Source of the DNA: a candidate division FCPU426 bacterium
Lineage (GTDB): Bacteria > Oederibacteriota > Muellerivitia > Muellerivitales > Muellerivitaceae
Direction of reading: 5' to 3'
Assembly: GCA_963796105.1 (NCBI GenBank)
Contig: CAWCKJ010000002.1
Coordinates: forward strand, 352,001 to 416,000
Length of the DNA: 64,000 nucleotides
The number at the start of each line of letters is the position of its first letter. The stretch's first letter is position 1. Both the position numbers and the translations under genes were made by a program. The notes under the pieces were generated by a model. The model worked only from the letters and a program-made list of their open reading frames with translations, made no database searches and was not told the origin of the DNA. Of this stretch, positions 1 to 10,270 are shown in pieces.

Positions 1-579
1 CCGAAGGGAATGAAAGGCGCCATCGCGAAAGCCGAGGAACTGGCCAAGGCGACTCCCAACAGTTTCGTTCCACAACAATTCAACAATCCCGCGAATCCCG
101 AAATCCACCGCAAAACAACGGCTGAGGAAATCTGGGCGGACACCGACGGCAAGGTGGATATCCTCGTATCAGGTGTGGGCACTGGAGGAACTATCACTGG
201 AGTGGCGGAAGTTATCAAGAAGCGCAAGCCATCCTTCAAGGCCATCGCCGTGGAGCCGGACGCTTCCCCTGTTTTGTCGGGGGGGACGGCGGCTCCGCAT
301 AAAATCCAAGGCCTGGGGGCTGGTTTCGTGCCGGTGATCCTGAACACGAAAATCATCGACGAGGTCATCCGTGTGACGCATGAGGATTCGGGAGAGATCG
401 CGCGCCAACTCGCTAAAAAAGAGGGAATCCTGGCAGGCATATCCTGCGGCGCCGCTGTTTGGGCGGCTATCCAAGTGGCCAAGAGGCCGGAGAATAAGGG
501 AAAGACCATCGTGGTCATCATTCCGGACACGGGAGAGAGGTACCTTTCCACATGGCTTTTTGAGGATTCAAAGGGATGA
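1..579 (+). CDS. cysK: Cysteine synthase A (5' end outside window)
   Basis: Frame open from base 1; [22 protein letters not shown]-phosphate loop, HKIQGLG, GISCGA and [10 protein letters not shown] motifs of O-acetylserine sulfhydrylase. Confidence 0.95.
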   Translation, partial: PKGMKGAIAKAEELAKATPNSFVPQQFNNPANPEIHRKTTAEEIWADTDGKVDILVSGVGTGGTITGVAEVIKKRKPSFKAIAVEPDASPVLSGGTAAPHKIQGLGAGFVPVILNTKIIDEVIRVTHEDSGEIARQLAKKEGILAGISCGAAVWAAIQVAKRPENKGKTIVVIIPDTGERYLSTWLFEDSKG

Positions 580-595
580 GAATGGGATAGTGGAG

Positions 596-1024
596 ATGAA
601 AAGAACAGGGAAGAAAATAATAAAAGGAAAAGCTGGGAAGGCATCTCCGGGCAATGCTGGTAACAAGGAAGCGGCGCTGAAGTTTTTATTCCTGGTGGTG
701 TCGGGAAAAGTGAGCGAGGCCTTCGATAATTTTGTTTCCCCTGACTTCCGGCATCACAACCCCTATTTCCGGGGCGACCGGGTGTCGCTCCTGAAGGCGA
801 TGGAGGAAAACTGGGTAAAGAACCCCCGGATCACACTCGAACCCAAGATCGCGATGGAGGAAGGAAATTTAGTCTCAATCCATTCCCATGTAAAAACAAC
901 TCCGGAGGACCTTGGTCTCGCTACGGTCCACCTCATGAAATTCCGGGATGGAAAAATCGAGGAGCTATGGGATTTGGTCCAACCTATCCCGAAGGATTCT
1001 CCGAATGAGAACGGCTTCTTCTGA
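596..1024 (+). CDS. SnoaL-like / NTF2-fold protein
   Basis: NKEAALKFL...FRHHNPYF...EGNLVSIHSH...KFRDGKIEELWD..QPIP..SPNENGFF pattern; ATG at 596 chosen over upstream in-frame start overlapping cysK. Confidence 0.8.
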   Translation: MKRTGKKIIKGKAGKASPGNAGNKEAALKFLFLVVSGKVSEAFDNFVSPDFRHHNPYFRGDRVSLLKAMEENWVKNPRITLEPKIAMEEGNLVSIHSHVKTTPEDLGLATVHLMKFRDGKIEELWDLVQPIPKDSPNENGFF

Positions 1025-1167
1025 ACTTCGGTTCTCAAATTTATCCTTTCTTTATTTTTATGACCCCACGCCGGTATTTCCTTGCAGGCCGTCTTGATTT
1101 CCTTGGGAGGGCCGGCGTAGAGTTTCTGTAAGCCGTGATATCAGCGGACCAAAAAGGGGAGTGGAAA

Positions 1168-1782
1168 ATGGCAACTATTACGAAGCGAAGCACCATGCAG
1201 GAAGTCTTGGAGTCCTATCCCAGCGCCCAACGAGCCCTTTTCCGCAAATACCACATCGGGGGGTGCCACAGCTGTGGTTACGAGCCCCAGGATGTCCTGG
1301 AGGAAGTCGCGAAAAAGCACGGCCTGCTTGACTTTGACGAGATCATCCAGTTCATCGAGGAATCGGAAAAGAACGAGGGACGTATCCAGGAAAGCCCCGT
1401 AAACGTCGCGGCGGCCTTGAAGGGCGCCGCCCCACCGCGTTTGATCGATGTCAGGACCCCGGTGGAGTGGCAAACAGCCAAGATCGGGGGCGCGGCTCTC
1501 CTCACCGAGGAACTGGCGAGGGAAATCCCCGAGTGGCCCAAGGAAACACCCATCGTTTTTTACTGCCACCATGGGGAAAGAAGCCTGGACGCCGCCGCTT
1601 ATTTCGCGGGCCACGGTTTCACCAACGTCAAGTCCATGACCGGGGGAATTGATGCCTGGTCCATCGCGGTGGACCCTTCCGTGCCACGCTACGAGGTAGC
1701 GGCGGAGTTTCCGGGCGGCAGACCTGTCATACGGCCCTTGAGTATGGCGGTCTCGAAACTCGACCAACCGCTTCATTCCTAG
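1168..1782 (+). CDS. Rhodanese domain protein with N-terminal GGCHSC (DUF1858-like) domain
   Basis: LIDVRTPVEW, active-site loop YCHHGERS, GGIDAWS..VDPSVPRY; GGGGAG RBS before ATG 1168. Confidence 0.85.
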   Translation: MATITKRSTMQEVLESYPSAQRALFRKYHIGGCHSCGYEPQDVLEEVAKKHGLLDFDEIIQFIEESEKNEGRIQESPVNVAAALKGAAPPRLIDVRTPVEWQTAKIGGAALLTEELAREIPEWPKETPIVFYCHHGERSLDAAAYFAGHGFTNVKSMTGGIDAWSIAVDPSVPRYEVAAEFPGGRPVIRPLSMAVSKLDQPLHS

Positions 1783-1974
1783 TTAAGCCCTTAATCCGGC
1801 CCATCCAAATTTTGGAAATCCTCAACATTCAAAATTTAAAATTGATGTTTTGACAAGGCACTGGGATTAAACGGGGAACAGGTGGGGATTCTCCGGAAAA
1901 TGTACGCGGCGAGGATGGAAAAACTGAAGGCTGAGTATAAGGATGTTCCGGGGGCCAATAGACCTGAATTTCAT

Positions 1975-2161
1975 GGAGCCCCACGGGCAAGCTCGTAGTA
2001 CCTATATCGACTCACCTCCGCCATCCGCTTACGCGAGGCTTCAGAGGACAGGCGGCTTCGGCGAGTATCCGCCGACATGACGTATGCGGAATCCACCGTA
2101 GCCCTTCTTTCAGCCATTCATCCCCGGCTAAAGCCGGGGTGTTCTGGCGAAGGCGGATAAA
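1975..2161. repeat. Non-coding multi-hairpin element (REP/MITE-like, possibly IS200/IS605-derived)
   Basis: Short palindromes incl. CCCCGGCT-AA-AGCCGGGG (~2121-2138) and TCGGCG-AGTATC-CGCCGA; no ORF. Confidence 0.4.
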
Positions 2162-2502
2162 TAATCCACATCTAAAAATCGCACAAATCCTGGGGTCCCA
2201 ATCCTCCCGTAAATTTAATGTTTCTTGAATTTCATTGTATTGCCGTCAATTCTTAACACCAAACTCCTAATCTCAAATTGCTTTTATTGATGCACCTAAC
2301 TCCGCATACCTATTGAAAAGTCTTTTACTGTCGCTTTTATAGGAGTATGGTGAAGCATCCTCTGAGTATGGCGGTTTATATGAGTTTTTATTCCTATTGG
2401 GGCAAATTGGATACCGCGAATCACGTTTCTTTTTCAAATCACACCTTTATTTTCCACAGAACCATTCCAACCAATACCCAATAATATTCGGAGAACGCCC
2501 TT

Positions 2503-2745
2503 ATGCCATATTTTGCCCATACCAAGGAAAATGATTCAGGTGAAGTTCTCCCGGAATCGTCTTGGCATTTGTTGAAAACCCACCTAAATGAAGTTGCGAG
2601 GCTTTCCGGGGAATTCGCAAAGCCTTTTTCAATGTCGGGAGATGCTAGCTTGGCAGGGTTGCTTCATGATTTCGGGAAGTACGGGGATAACTTCCAGAAA
2701 CGCCTTCGAAATCAAATACGGGGCGTCAATCATTGGGCGCATTGA
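2503..2745 (+). pseudogene. cas3: Truncated Cas3 HD-nuclease N-terminus (80 aa)
   Basis: YFAHT...HLLKTHLNEVA...AGLLHDFGKY...FQKRL...VNH matches a Cas3 HD-domain start; stop after 80 aa with no helicase. Confidence 0.8.
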
Positions 2746-2816
2746 GGGAATTATTTTGAATGTCTTTCTGATTGCACGTACCATTTGAATGTTTGGAAAA
2801 GGGGGTAAAGGAAGCC

Positions 2817-3477
2817 ATGGACAAGAGTTATCCCGTTGAACTTGAGATTTCTGGGCCCACGGCCATGTGGACCCGTCCGGATACGGGGGACGCACCCGTG
2901 AGTTATCTGGGGCCAACATACGCCGCCGTCAAAGGAATATTCGAAACTATTCATTATTTACAATTTGTTGAAGTGATACCAAAACGAGTCGAAATATGTC
3001 GTCCGATCATTTTTCATACATACAACACCAATTATGGGGGCCCCCTGCGTAAATCAAGAGTCATGCAAATAGGAAGCGGTTATCAATTGTTGGCTACCGT
3101 CCTAATCAACGTTTGCTACAAGTTATATGCGGTTGCGAGGGAATATCCGGCAGCCCAAGGCAAAGCGACCCGAAAATCCGAGGAATGGAGAAATAGGACG
3201 ACCTCGCCAGCCCACGCATACCAGGAAATGTTTTCCCGCAGATTGAAAAAAGGCCAATGGCACGACATGCCGTTCCTTGGATGGAAGGAATTCGTTCCCG
3301 ACTATTTAGGACCTCTTCGCTCTGAGACAAGCAAATGCGGCGACATTCGAGCTGACATTCCAAGCATGCTGTACCAAACTTTTTCCAAAAGGAATGGCCA
3401 GTACCTATTCCCCCGAATACAGAAAAATTGAAATTGTTAATGGGGCCTATGATCCCAAAGGAGCCCCTTTATGTTGA
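2817..3477 (+). CDS. cas5: Cas5 (type I-C-like); apparent 1-nt insertion in A-run 3387-3390 (as read, stop at 3431)
   Basis: EISGPTAMWTRP..G..PVSY..PTY.AVKGIFE and PFLGWKEF motifs; removing one A extends the frame (FSKGMASTYSPEYRKIEIVNG...) to TGA 3475-3477 overlapping the cas8 start. Confidence 0.85.
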
Positions 3478-5519
3478 ACGAACTGTATGAACTGGCCAAC
3501 GCTTTGAAGAAAGCCAACATTGCAACAAGGGATTGGCATAAAAATTTCAAGCTACTTCCAAAAGGTGGAGGTTTTATCTTCAAAGTCTTTATTGATAAAA
3601 AAGCCCGTGTGACAGACCTGATAGTTGAACAGAGTTCACCATCGCTTCGTAAATGGGAAAAGGCAAACGGATTTTCTTTTCCATCTTTCAATGTGAGTCC
3701 ACTTATTCAAGTTAAGGCAAAAACTAAAGAACTATTAGATTTGTTGAAGGATCATAAGCGGTCAAAAGTTTTAGAGCTTGCGAAAAACGGAAAATTTGAT
3801 TGGCGAAAAGAAAGTTCGCGTATAAATGAATGCCTACAGAAAGTGTCCGAGGAACTCGCGACAAAAATAGGACTGAATATGCCTAATGAAATGTCAGGGT
3901 TAAAAGAGTTGATCCAAAGGGCCGACCTTATTTCCAAAACTTCTAAAAAAGGGAAAGCGGGCCATGAAGAATGTGTTTTCCTGGAACAATTGAGGGATGT
4001 CTTGATAGAAAAGGTTACCGACGCCACAATAAATCCAGAAAAATTATCTGAATTATTATTTGTCTCAAAAGAAAAAGAAAAATCCACGCCGAAATTAAAC
4101 ATATTGCTCGAATTGTCGGATAGCTCAAGATTTCCCTATCCAGCTAACCACCCCAAGATACAGGAATGGGTTAATGAACGACTCCTTGCCGATACAACAC
4201 GATCTGATGAGAGTGACTTAAAACAAAAAGATGCTTTTGGAAATGCTGGCATCGGTGAGGACAAAATGCCGCCCACTAAGATTGCTGTGCTGGGCAAGGT
4301 AACGCTCCGTTCCATGAGTTCGGAATCACCTTGCCAGCAAAGGTATGGAAGAGCCGATGCAGCTTCTTATCCTATCGGTGAGCAAACAAGGAAATCCTTA
4401 AAAGCGGCTTTGGAGACAATTACAAGAAATGAATGGAAGGAAAAAACTTGGACAAGCTTTGGTGGCAAGGAAATGTTGATTGTCTATCCATTTTCTCTTC
4501 CGGCCCTACCGCCACCTTTCGTTGGGATGTTTGGCGGAACACAAAAGGAAAATCAACCACAAGAAGGTCGTTTCAGTTCGGCGGCACAAGAGGTGGCGCA
4601 AGCTTATAAAACCGGTACACCAGCGGAAATTGACAATGTTGCGGTTTTTTTATTGAAAAAACCTGATGGATATAGAACCAAAGTCGCCAATGGTGGTATC
4701 TATAAAGCACGTTATATTTTGGATCGGGCTGTCGCTTGGGAGGTAGCCTCTCAAAATATACCTTTTATACGCATCAAAAGTTGGGATTCGGACAAGAAAC
4801 CCGTATGGCGTACATCCAAAACGCCGTTTCCTTTGGAAGTCATCACTTGTCTTAACACTCAATGGCTGAAATTTGGTCATGGAGCCACTGAATTAGTACG
4901 GTATGAGGCTTACGACGGGATCGAGTTGTTTTTGAGCGATGGTGAGAGGAAGCGCCAGATTGCCTCGAAGATGCTTATGGAAGGCTTGCGGAAATGGGCG
5001 CCTTTATTATTGGGGTTAGGTCAAGCTTGTCATCAAGGGGAGATACTGAAAGGCCCGTCTGCTTGGCAATGGAGGCTCATTCCCCCGGCTTTGGGGATAT
5101 TTTTGAAAAAACTCGGTTTAAGAAAGGAGACTTACATGCTTGAAGCAGCCTATTTGGTTGGTCAGACGTTAGGCTTAGCTGATTCCTTGCACCATCAGTA
5201 TTGCTTGAAGGTTCGAAAACAAAGCGTACCGCCGCAACTTATGGGGAACGGATTGATGGCAACGGCGCTCGAAAATCCAAGAAAAGCCCTGGCCCTTTTG
5301 GCCCGAAGGATACTTCCATACCAAGCTTGGGCAAGAACCTACAACGGGCAGGATGCCGGATTAAGCAAATGGTTTTTAAGGAAGTTTTCAGAAACCTCGA
5401 CCTCTTTGGCCCAGGTTTCATGGCCGGAAAGAATGGGCGATGCGGATAAGGCCCAAATGCTGCTGGGATATTTGGCGGGTTTTCAAAAAGAAGATGAGGC
5501 GCAGGAAAAGACAATATAA
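3471..5519 (+). CDS. cas8: Cas8-like large subunit (divergent I-C variant)
   Basis: 682 aa between cas5 and cas7; C-terminal AYLVGQTLGLAD.LH...QMLLGYLA resembles the Cas8c/Cas11 helical region; assignment largely positional. Confidence 0.7.
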   Translation: MLNELYELANALKKANIATRDWHKNFKLLPKGGGFIFKVFIDKKARVTDLIVEQSSPSLRKWEKANGFSFPSFNVSPLIQVKAKTKELLDLLKDHKRSKVLELAKNGKFDWRKESSRINECLQKVSEELATKIGLNMPNEMSGLKELIQRADLISKTSKKGKAGHEECVFLEQLRDVLIEKVTDATINPEKLSELLFVSKEKEKSTPKLNILLELSDSSRFPYPANHPKIQEWVNERLLADTTRSDESDLKQKDAFGNAGIGEDKMPPTKIAVLGKVTLRSMSSESPCQQRYGRADAASYPIGEQTRKSLKAALETITRNEWKEKTWTSFGGKEMLIVYPFSLPALPPPFVGMFGGTQKENQPQEGRFSSAAQEVAQAYKTGTPAEIDNVAVFLLKKPDGYRTKVANGGIYKARYILDRAVAWEVASQNIPFIRIKSWDSDKKPVWRTSKTPFPLEVITCLNTQWLKFGHGATELVRYEAYDGIELFLSDGERKRQIASKMLMEGLRKWAPLLLGLGQACHQGEILKGPSAWQWRLIPPALGIFLKKLGLRKETYMLEAAYLVGQTLGLADSLHHQYCLKVRKQSVPPQLMGNGLMATALENPRKALALLARRILPYQAWARTYNGQDAGLSKWFLRKFSETSTSLAQVSWPERMGDADKAQMLLGYLAGFQKEDEAQEKTI

Positions 5520-5537
5520 AAATTAAGGAGGCGGTTT

Positions 5538-6417
5538 ATGGCTAAAAACGTAATAGCCGTGGGGATTCGACGAGCAGTTGGATTACTGGTGATCGAAGTT
5601 CGGAATTCGAATCCAAATGGCGATCCCGACAGAGAAAGCGACCCCCGCCAAAGACCGGATGGGAAAGGTGAGATTTCACCGGTGTCTTTTAAAAGGAAAC
5701 TTCGTGACCTTGTTCTCGAAAAAGAAGGTGATGTTTGGAAGGTTTTATCCAAAGAAATGGAATTAAATCCAAACCATTTTCAAATTCTTGAGGCACGGGG
5801 TAGGGTTCGTGAGCAAATTAAAAAGGAGCTGGATGACGACGATATGAAAAAATTCAAAGAGAAATATTGGGATGGTCGGATATTTGGAAACACTTTCCTG
5901 GAAGAAGGTGGTTCAGACACCATTCGCACCGGCATTGTTCAATTCGGGTTGGGTGTGTCCGTCGCTCCGATTGAAATTGAAAGGCAGACAAATACGAGTA
6001 AATCGGGTGTTGAGGAAGGAAAGGATCGTGGGATGGCTCCAATGGGCTACCGTGTTGTCCAGCATGGCGTCTATTGCATGCCATTTTTCGTCAATCCAAA
6101 CCTCGCACATCGCAGTGGATGCGCAGCGGAGGACATCGAACTTTTGAAAAGGCTGATACCCTATGCATACTCCCATACCAGATACCCATATCAGAAATAG
6201 CGTTGATTTGATTCACGGTTGGTATGTCGAGCATAAAAATAACCTTGGCTCATTCTCTGATTTTTCGGTCCTGGACGCCCTTGCGCCCAAGAAGAAAACC
6301 GACCCCGATAAGCCGTCTGGAAGCCGTGCAGAGTACGATATTCCCGAGATCAAGGACTTGCCGGATAGCCTGAAAAGTAAAATTGGCTCAATCAAGGACC
6401 TTTTGGAAATCGAATGA
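5538..6417 (+). CDS. cas7: Cas7 (Csd2/CT1132-like), frameshifted at ~6184
   Basis: NSNPNGDPD...PRQ...ISPVSFKRKLRD, DGRIFG, GIVQFG; ORFs 5538-6200 and 6163-6417 join if one base at ~6184 is removed (HTRSHIRNSV); the corrected stop overlaps the cas3 ATG (ATGA). Confidence 0.85.
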
Positions 6418-8460
6418 GCTATTTTGCCCACAGTGGTCGGCAGGATTGCGGAATACCGCCCCAGCTTTACGCAGACCATGCCATTCGTGTCCGTGATGGC
6501 GCATTTGATCGCGCCACCATTGTGGGTCGGTATATGAAGAATAAGTCGAACCTTTTGGGTGTTGCATGCGCTAGGGCGGGTGATTTCCACGACTTGGGAA
6601 AGTTACACCCGGAAAACCAAATAGTTCTTGGTGGAGTTACCCGAAGTGCAAATCGCCTTCCATTCCCACACGCGGATGCCGGTTGTGCGATATTGTTAAG
6701 AAGTTGCTTGCCTGAAGACCTTATTGCGGCACTGCTTTGTTATTCCCATCATATAGGGTTGCCGTCATTTCCAGAAGAGACGTGTGGAAGAAAAGTTTAT
6801 TTGAGGGATATTCGGTGTCTAAGCGAAACCGATGAAAATTTAGCTGCGTGGGTCGAACAACACAAGCGTTTGGTGCTGAAACGTGAAGGCCTTCCTGATG
6901 GGCAATGCGGTGTTTTGGACGAAAAGGACAGAATGTTTTTTCGTTTCGCGCTTTCCTGCTTAGCGGACGCCGACCACAGTGATACTGCACGGCACTATCG
7001 AAAAGAAGCTATTGTTCCAGAACTTTCACTTCGACCCGCCGAACGGTTGATGGCTTTGAAATCGTATGTTGCCGGATTGGGAAAGGATCGGAAAGATAGT
7101 CGTTCCCAAATGCGAACTCGAATTTTCGAAATTTGTTCGACATCCCAAGTGAAACAAAGGTTAGTAGCCTGTGATAGCCCGGTTGGTACCGGTAAAACGA
7201 CAGCTGTTATGGCGCATCTTCTTGATGTCGCCATTAAAAGGGGATTAAAAAGAATCTTTGTTATTCTTCCTTTCACCAACATCATCGACCAAGCCGTTGA
7301 GAAATATAGGGAAGCCATAGTCTTAAACGATGAATATCCGGAGGAAGCGGTTCAAGCCCATCATCACCGCATGGAATATGAAAATTACAACGTCCGGCAT
7401 TTGGCCGAGCGTTGGAAGAGCCCAGTGGTGATCACCACGGCCGTCAGGTTTTTTGAAACGCTTTCTTCTTCTTCGCCCGCTGTATTGAGGAACCTGCACC
7501 AACTTGCGGGATCGGCCATCTTTATCGATGAGGCACACGCCGCTTTGCCGGCAGGGTTATGGCCGCAGGCATGGCCTTGGCTTAAGGAATTGGCTGAATC
7601 CTGGGGATGTCATATTGTCCTTGGTTCTGGTTCATTGGCGCGGTTTTGGGACCTGCCGGAGTTTGATATACAGCCGCCTATGGTGCCGGATCTTTTACCA
7701 AGGGATGTTTACGCTGACACCTTAAAATCCGAAAAAGATAGGGTCATATATCGACGGGAAAAGAAAATTTTAAGTTTGAGCGATCTTGCGCGTTTTGTCG
7801 GTGATCAATCTGGGCCACGCTTGCTCATCATGAATACGGTTCAATCCGCAGCGGTAGTCGCCAGATTTATGATGAAGTCGTATGGGAAAAATAGTGTTCA
7901 ACATCTTTCGACGGCATTAACACCTTTTGATCGGGGGAAATCCCTTGAGATCGTTAAAAAGCGCCTTTCGGCGGGAAAAAATGACAAGGACTGGACCCTG
8001 GTGGCGACTTCCTGCGTCGAGGCTGGAATGGATTTTTCCTTTCGTACCGGTTTCCGCGAAATATGCAGTCTTACCAGTCTTTTGCAGATGGCCGGAAGAA
8101 TTAACCGGGAATTTGAATACAACGCATGCGATGTTTGGAGCTTTGAAACACGTAAAGTGGATGGACTCAACTGGCACCCTCAATTCGAAACATCTTCGAG
8201 GATACTTAAAGAAATATTCAACGAAGGAAAAGTTGGTCCTGATATGGTTTCAGAGGCATTAAGGCGAGAAATCCGGCAAAAGCCAATTGGCAGCAAGTCG
8301 GATGAGATAATGAATGCTGAAAAGGAAGGGGATTTTCCGAAGGTTGATGAATTATTCCGGGTTATTGATTCTTCCACTGTGACGGTTTTGGTCAACCAAG
8401 AACTTATCGGGAAAATCGAGAATGGGGAGGAAGTCCCCATTAAAGAGATTCAAAAATATT

Positions 8461-9448
8461 CATGCCTATCCGAACAACGCTTGCGCAGTAATGGGTTTTG
8501 CCAAAGCGCAAGCGGTTAAGGCCCGGTGAAATAAGGAATCTGGGTCATGGCGACGATTGAACCGATAAGTATATTCGCTCAAGTATCCAGGCAGATATTT
8601 CACGTTGACTCCATGATGGGTTCCTAGGATCCAAGCCTTGGCGTTGGAAATGAATCGGTGGACCCAAGGTAACCAGTGATTTAACACCACTGGGTCATTG
8701 GCTGTTACCTGGTACTCCACATCCACGTTTTCCAAGTTTCTCAAGCTGGGACTGGCATCCGTGTTTATCATGGCGCCTTTCTGGATTGCTTGATCGACGA
8801 ATGCTTGGGCTTCCCACTTGGTTTCTGCGGTCACCTTTATCTTTGCAAAACCCGCTTTCTCTTTTTTGCGCCCTTTCTCATCTATCCATTCTTTGCTTTC
8901 AACCGCCACCAGCACTTCAGCCTGGTTTTCCTTTTCTCTCTTGCCGAATACAGCCCCATCCAACTCAATGATTTCCTTGAGTTGGTAATTTTCATCCCTT
9001 TGTCGAAGACTTTCCCGAATCTTATGCAACATCCTCCAAACGGTATCGTAGGAGGGCATTCCCAATTGCCGCTGAAGTTCCAGGGCTGAAATGCCCCTTT
9101 TCCCTTGCATCACCAATCCAATCATCCTCAACCAGGTTAAGATTGGAATCTTGGATTTCCGGAAGATCGTTCCGGCTCGAAGCCGTATTTGCTTTCGACA
9201 ATAGTCACATTCCCGCACTTCGGGGCGGTTTTTGTGTTGCCAGAAACTTTCTCCTTCACATTGTGGGCAAACAAAGTCTTTTCCGGCAAAACGGCTCTTC
9301 CACACCCATTGACGTGCCTTTTCTTCTGTATCGATTTCCTTGAAAATCTCAATCCCCTTCATCCGTTGGTAGTTCATAATTTGCCCCTCCAACAATGAGT
9401 ATACTCCTGTATTCCTTTATTTCAACAGGTACCGTTTGGAGAGGCATT
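8461..9448 (-). mobile_element. IS1595-family insertion sequence (~988 bp)
   Basis: 8-bp direct repeat AAAATATT at 8453-8460 and 9449-9456; imperfect terminal IRs CATGCCTATCCGAAC / AATGCCTCTCCAAAC (revcomp of right end); single transposase. Confidence 0.9.
8466..9377 (-). CDS. IS1595-family DDE transposase
   Basis: Zn ribbon CPQC...CDYC, GISALELQRQLG, IELDGAVFG, INTD, YLSEYTYRFNRR; GGAGGGG RBS before ATG 9377. Confidence 0.92.
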   Translation of the reverse strand: MNYQRMKGIEIFKEIDTEEKARQWVWKSRFAGKDFVCPQCEGESFWQHKNRPEVRECDYCRKQIRLRAGTIFRKSKIPILTWLRMIGLVMQGKRGISALELQRQLGMPSYDTVWRMLHKIRESLRQRDENYQLKEIIELDGAVFGKREKENQAEVLVAVESKEWIDEKGRKKEKAGFAKIKVTAETKWEAQAFVDQAIQKGAMINTDASPSLRNLENVDVEYQVTANDPVVLNHWLPWVHRFISNAKAWILGTHHGVNVKYLPGYLSEYTYRFNRRHDPDSLFHRALTACALAKPITAQALFG

Positions 9449-9646
9449 AAAATATTCAATTCAAATTTGGTCAAATCGGATAAACGATTTGTGCTTGCGA
9501 AAGCTTGAGATGTTACCCGGCTTTTGGGCATGGACACTAGCTTATGACGATTTCTTAGGCTACATGAAAGGTGTTTTGGAGACACTAGAAGTTAAAGCTG
9601 GTCAACCTTTGGTTATTTAAATCGTACGAAAGGGTTAGGAGTGGAC

Positions 9647-10270
9647 ATGCCTTTTTCCGAGGAAGAAATCGTACTTATTTCAGCCCTCAACCAGTATGTA
9701 TTCTGCCCCCGACGGTGCGCTTTGATCCATGTGGAGGGGGCATTCGTACAGAATTACCATACGCTCCAGGGAACCTTGGAACATGGGGATGCGGATGTGC
9801 CGGGTTACGAGATCCGCAACGGAGCGCGGGTGGTACGGGCGCTTCCGTTAAGCTCCATGAAGTACGGCCTTAGCGGCAAGGCGGATTGGGTGGAATTCCG
9901 TGATAGCGTTCCATACCCGGTTGAAATGAAACATGGGGCCAGGCGGGCCTGGGAAAACGACGATGTCCAATTGTGCGCCCAGGCCCTGTGCCTGGAGGAG
10001 TCATTGGGCGTTGCCTGCCCGATGGGGGCCATTTATCACGTAGCATCCCGCAGGCGCAGGGAAGTGGACTTCGACGAAAATCTACGGGATATGACCGTGG
10101 AAACAGTTGGGAAGGTAAGGCAAATGCTTGCGTCCCTTGCCGTGCCGCCCGCCCAATTATTACCGCACTGCGACGGATGTTCCCTTCATGGTGCCTGTCT
10201 GCCGGAGTTGTCCGGGAACAGGCTGGAGATAGCCGCGAAAAAACTTTTCAAGCCCCTGCCATGGACATAA
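9647..10270 (+). CDS. cas4: Cas4 RecB-like exonuclease
   Basis: ISALNQYVFCPRRCAL, GKADWVE, PVEMKHG, QLCAQALCLEE, C..CSL...C Fe-S cysteines. Confidence 0.95.
   Translation: MPFSEEEIVLISALNQYVFCPRRCALIHVEGAFVQNYHTLQGTLEHGDADVPGYEIRNGARVVRALPLSSMKYGLSGKADWVEFRDSVPYPVEMKHGARRAWENDDVQLCAQALCLEESLGVACPMGAIYHVASRRRREVDFDENLRDMTVETVGKVRQMLASLAVPPAQLLPHCDGCSLHGACLPELSGNRLEIAAKKLFKPLPWT

Larger units (their letters stand above)
6414..9620 (+). pseudogene. cas3: Cas3 HD nuclease-helicase interrupted near its 3' end by an IS (coding 6414-8460 plus 9457-9620)
   Basis: HDLGK HD motif, SPVGTGKT Walker A, IDEAH, QMAGRINR; excising 8461-9448 plus one target copy restores IQKYSIQIWSN...YDDFLGYMKGVL...PLVI* ending at TAA 9618-9620. 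Confidence 0.9.

Noticed and set aside
380..595. N-terminal extension of the SnoaL-like ORF
   Set aside because: Overlaps cysK in another frame
9973..10260. N-terminal extension of Cas1 (439-aa ORF)
   Set aside because: Overlaps cas4; Cas1 homology starts at ATG 10261
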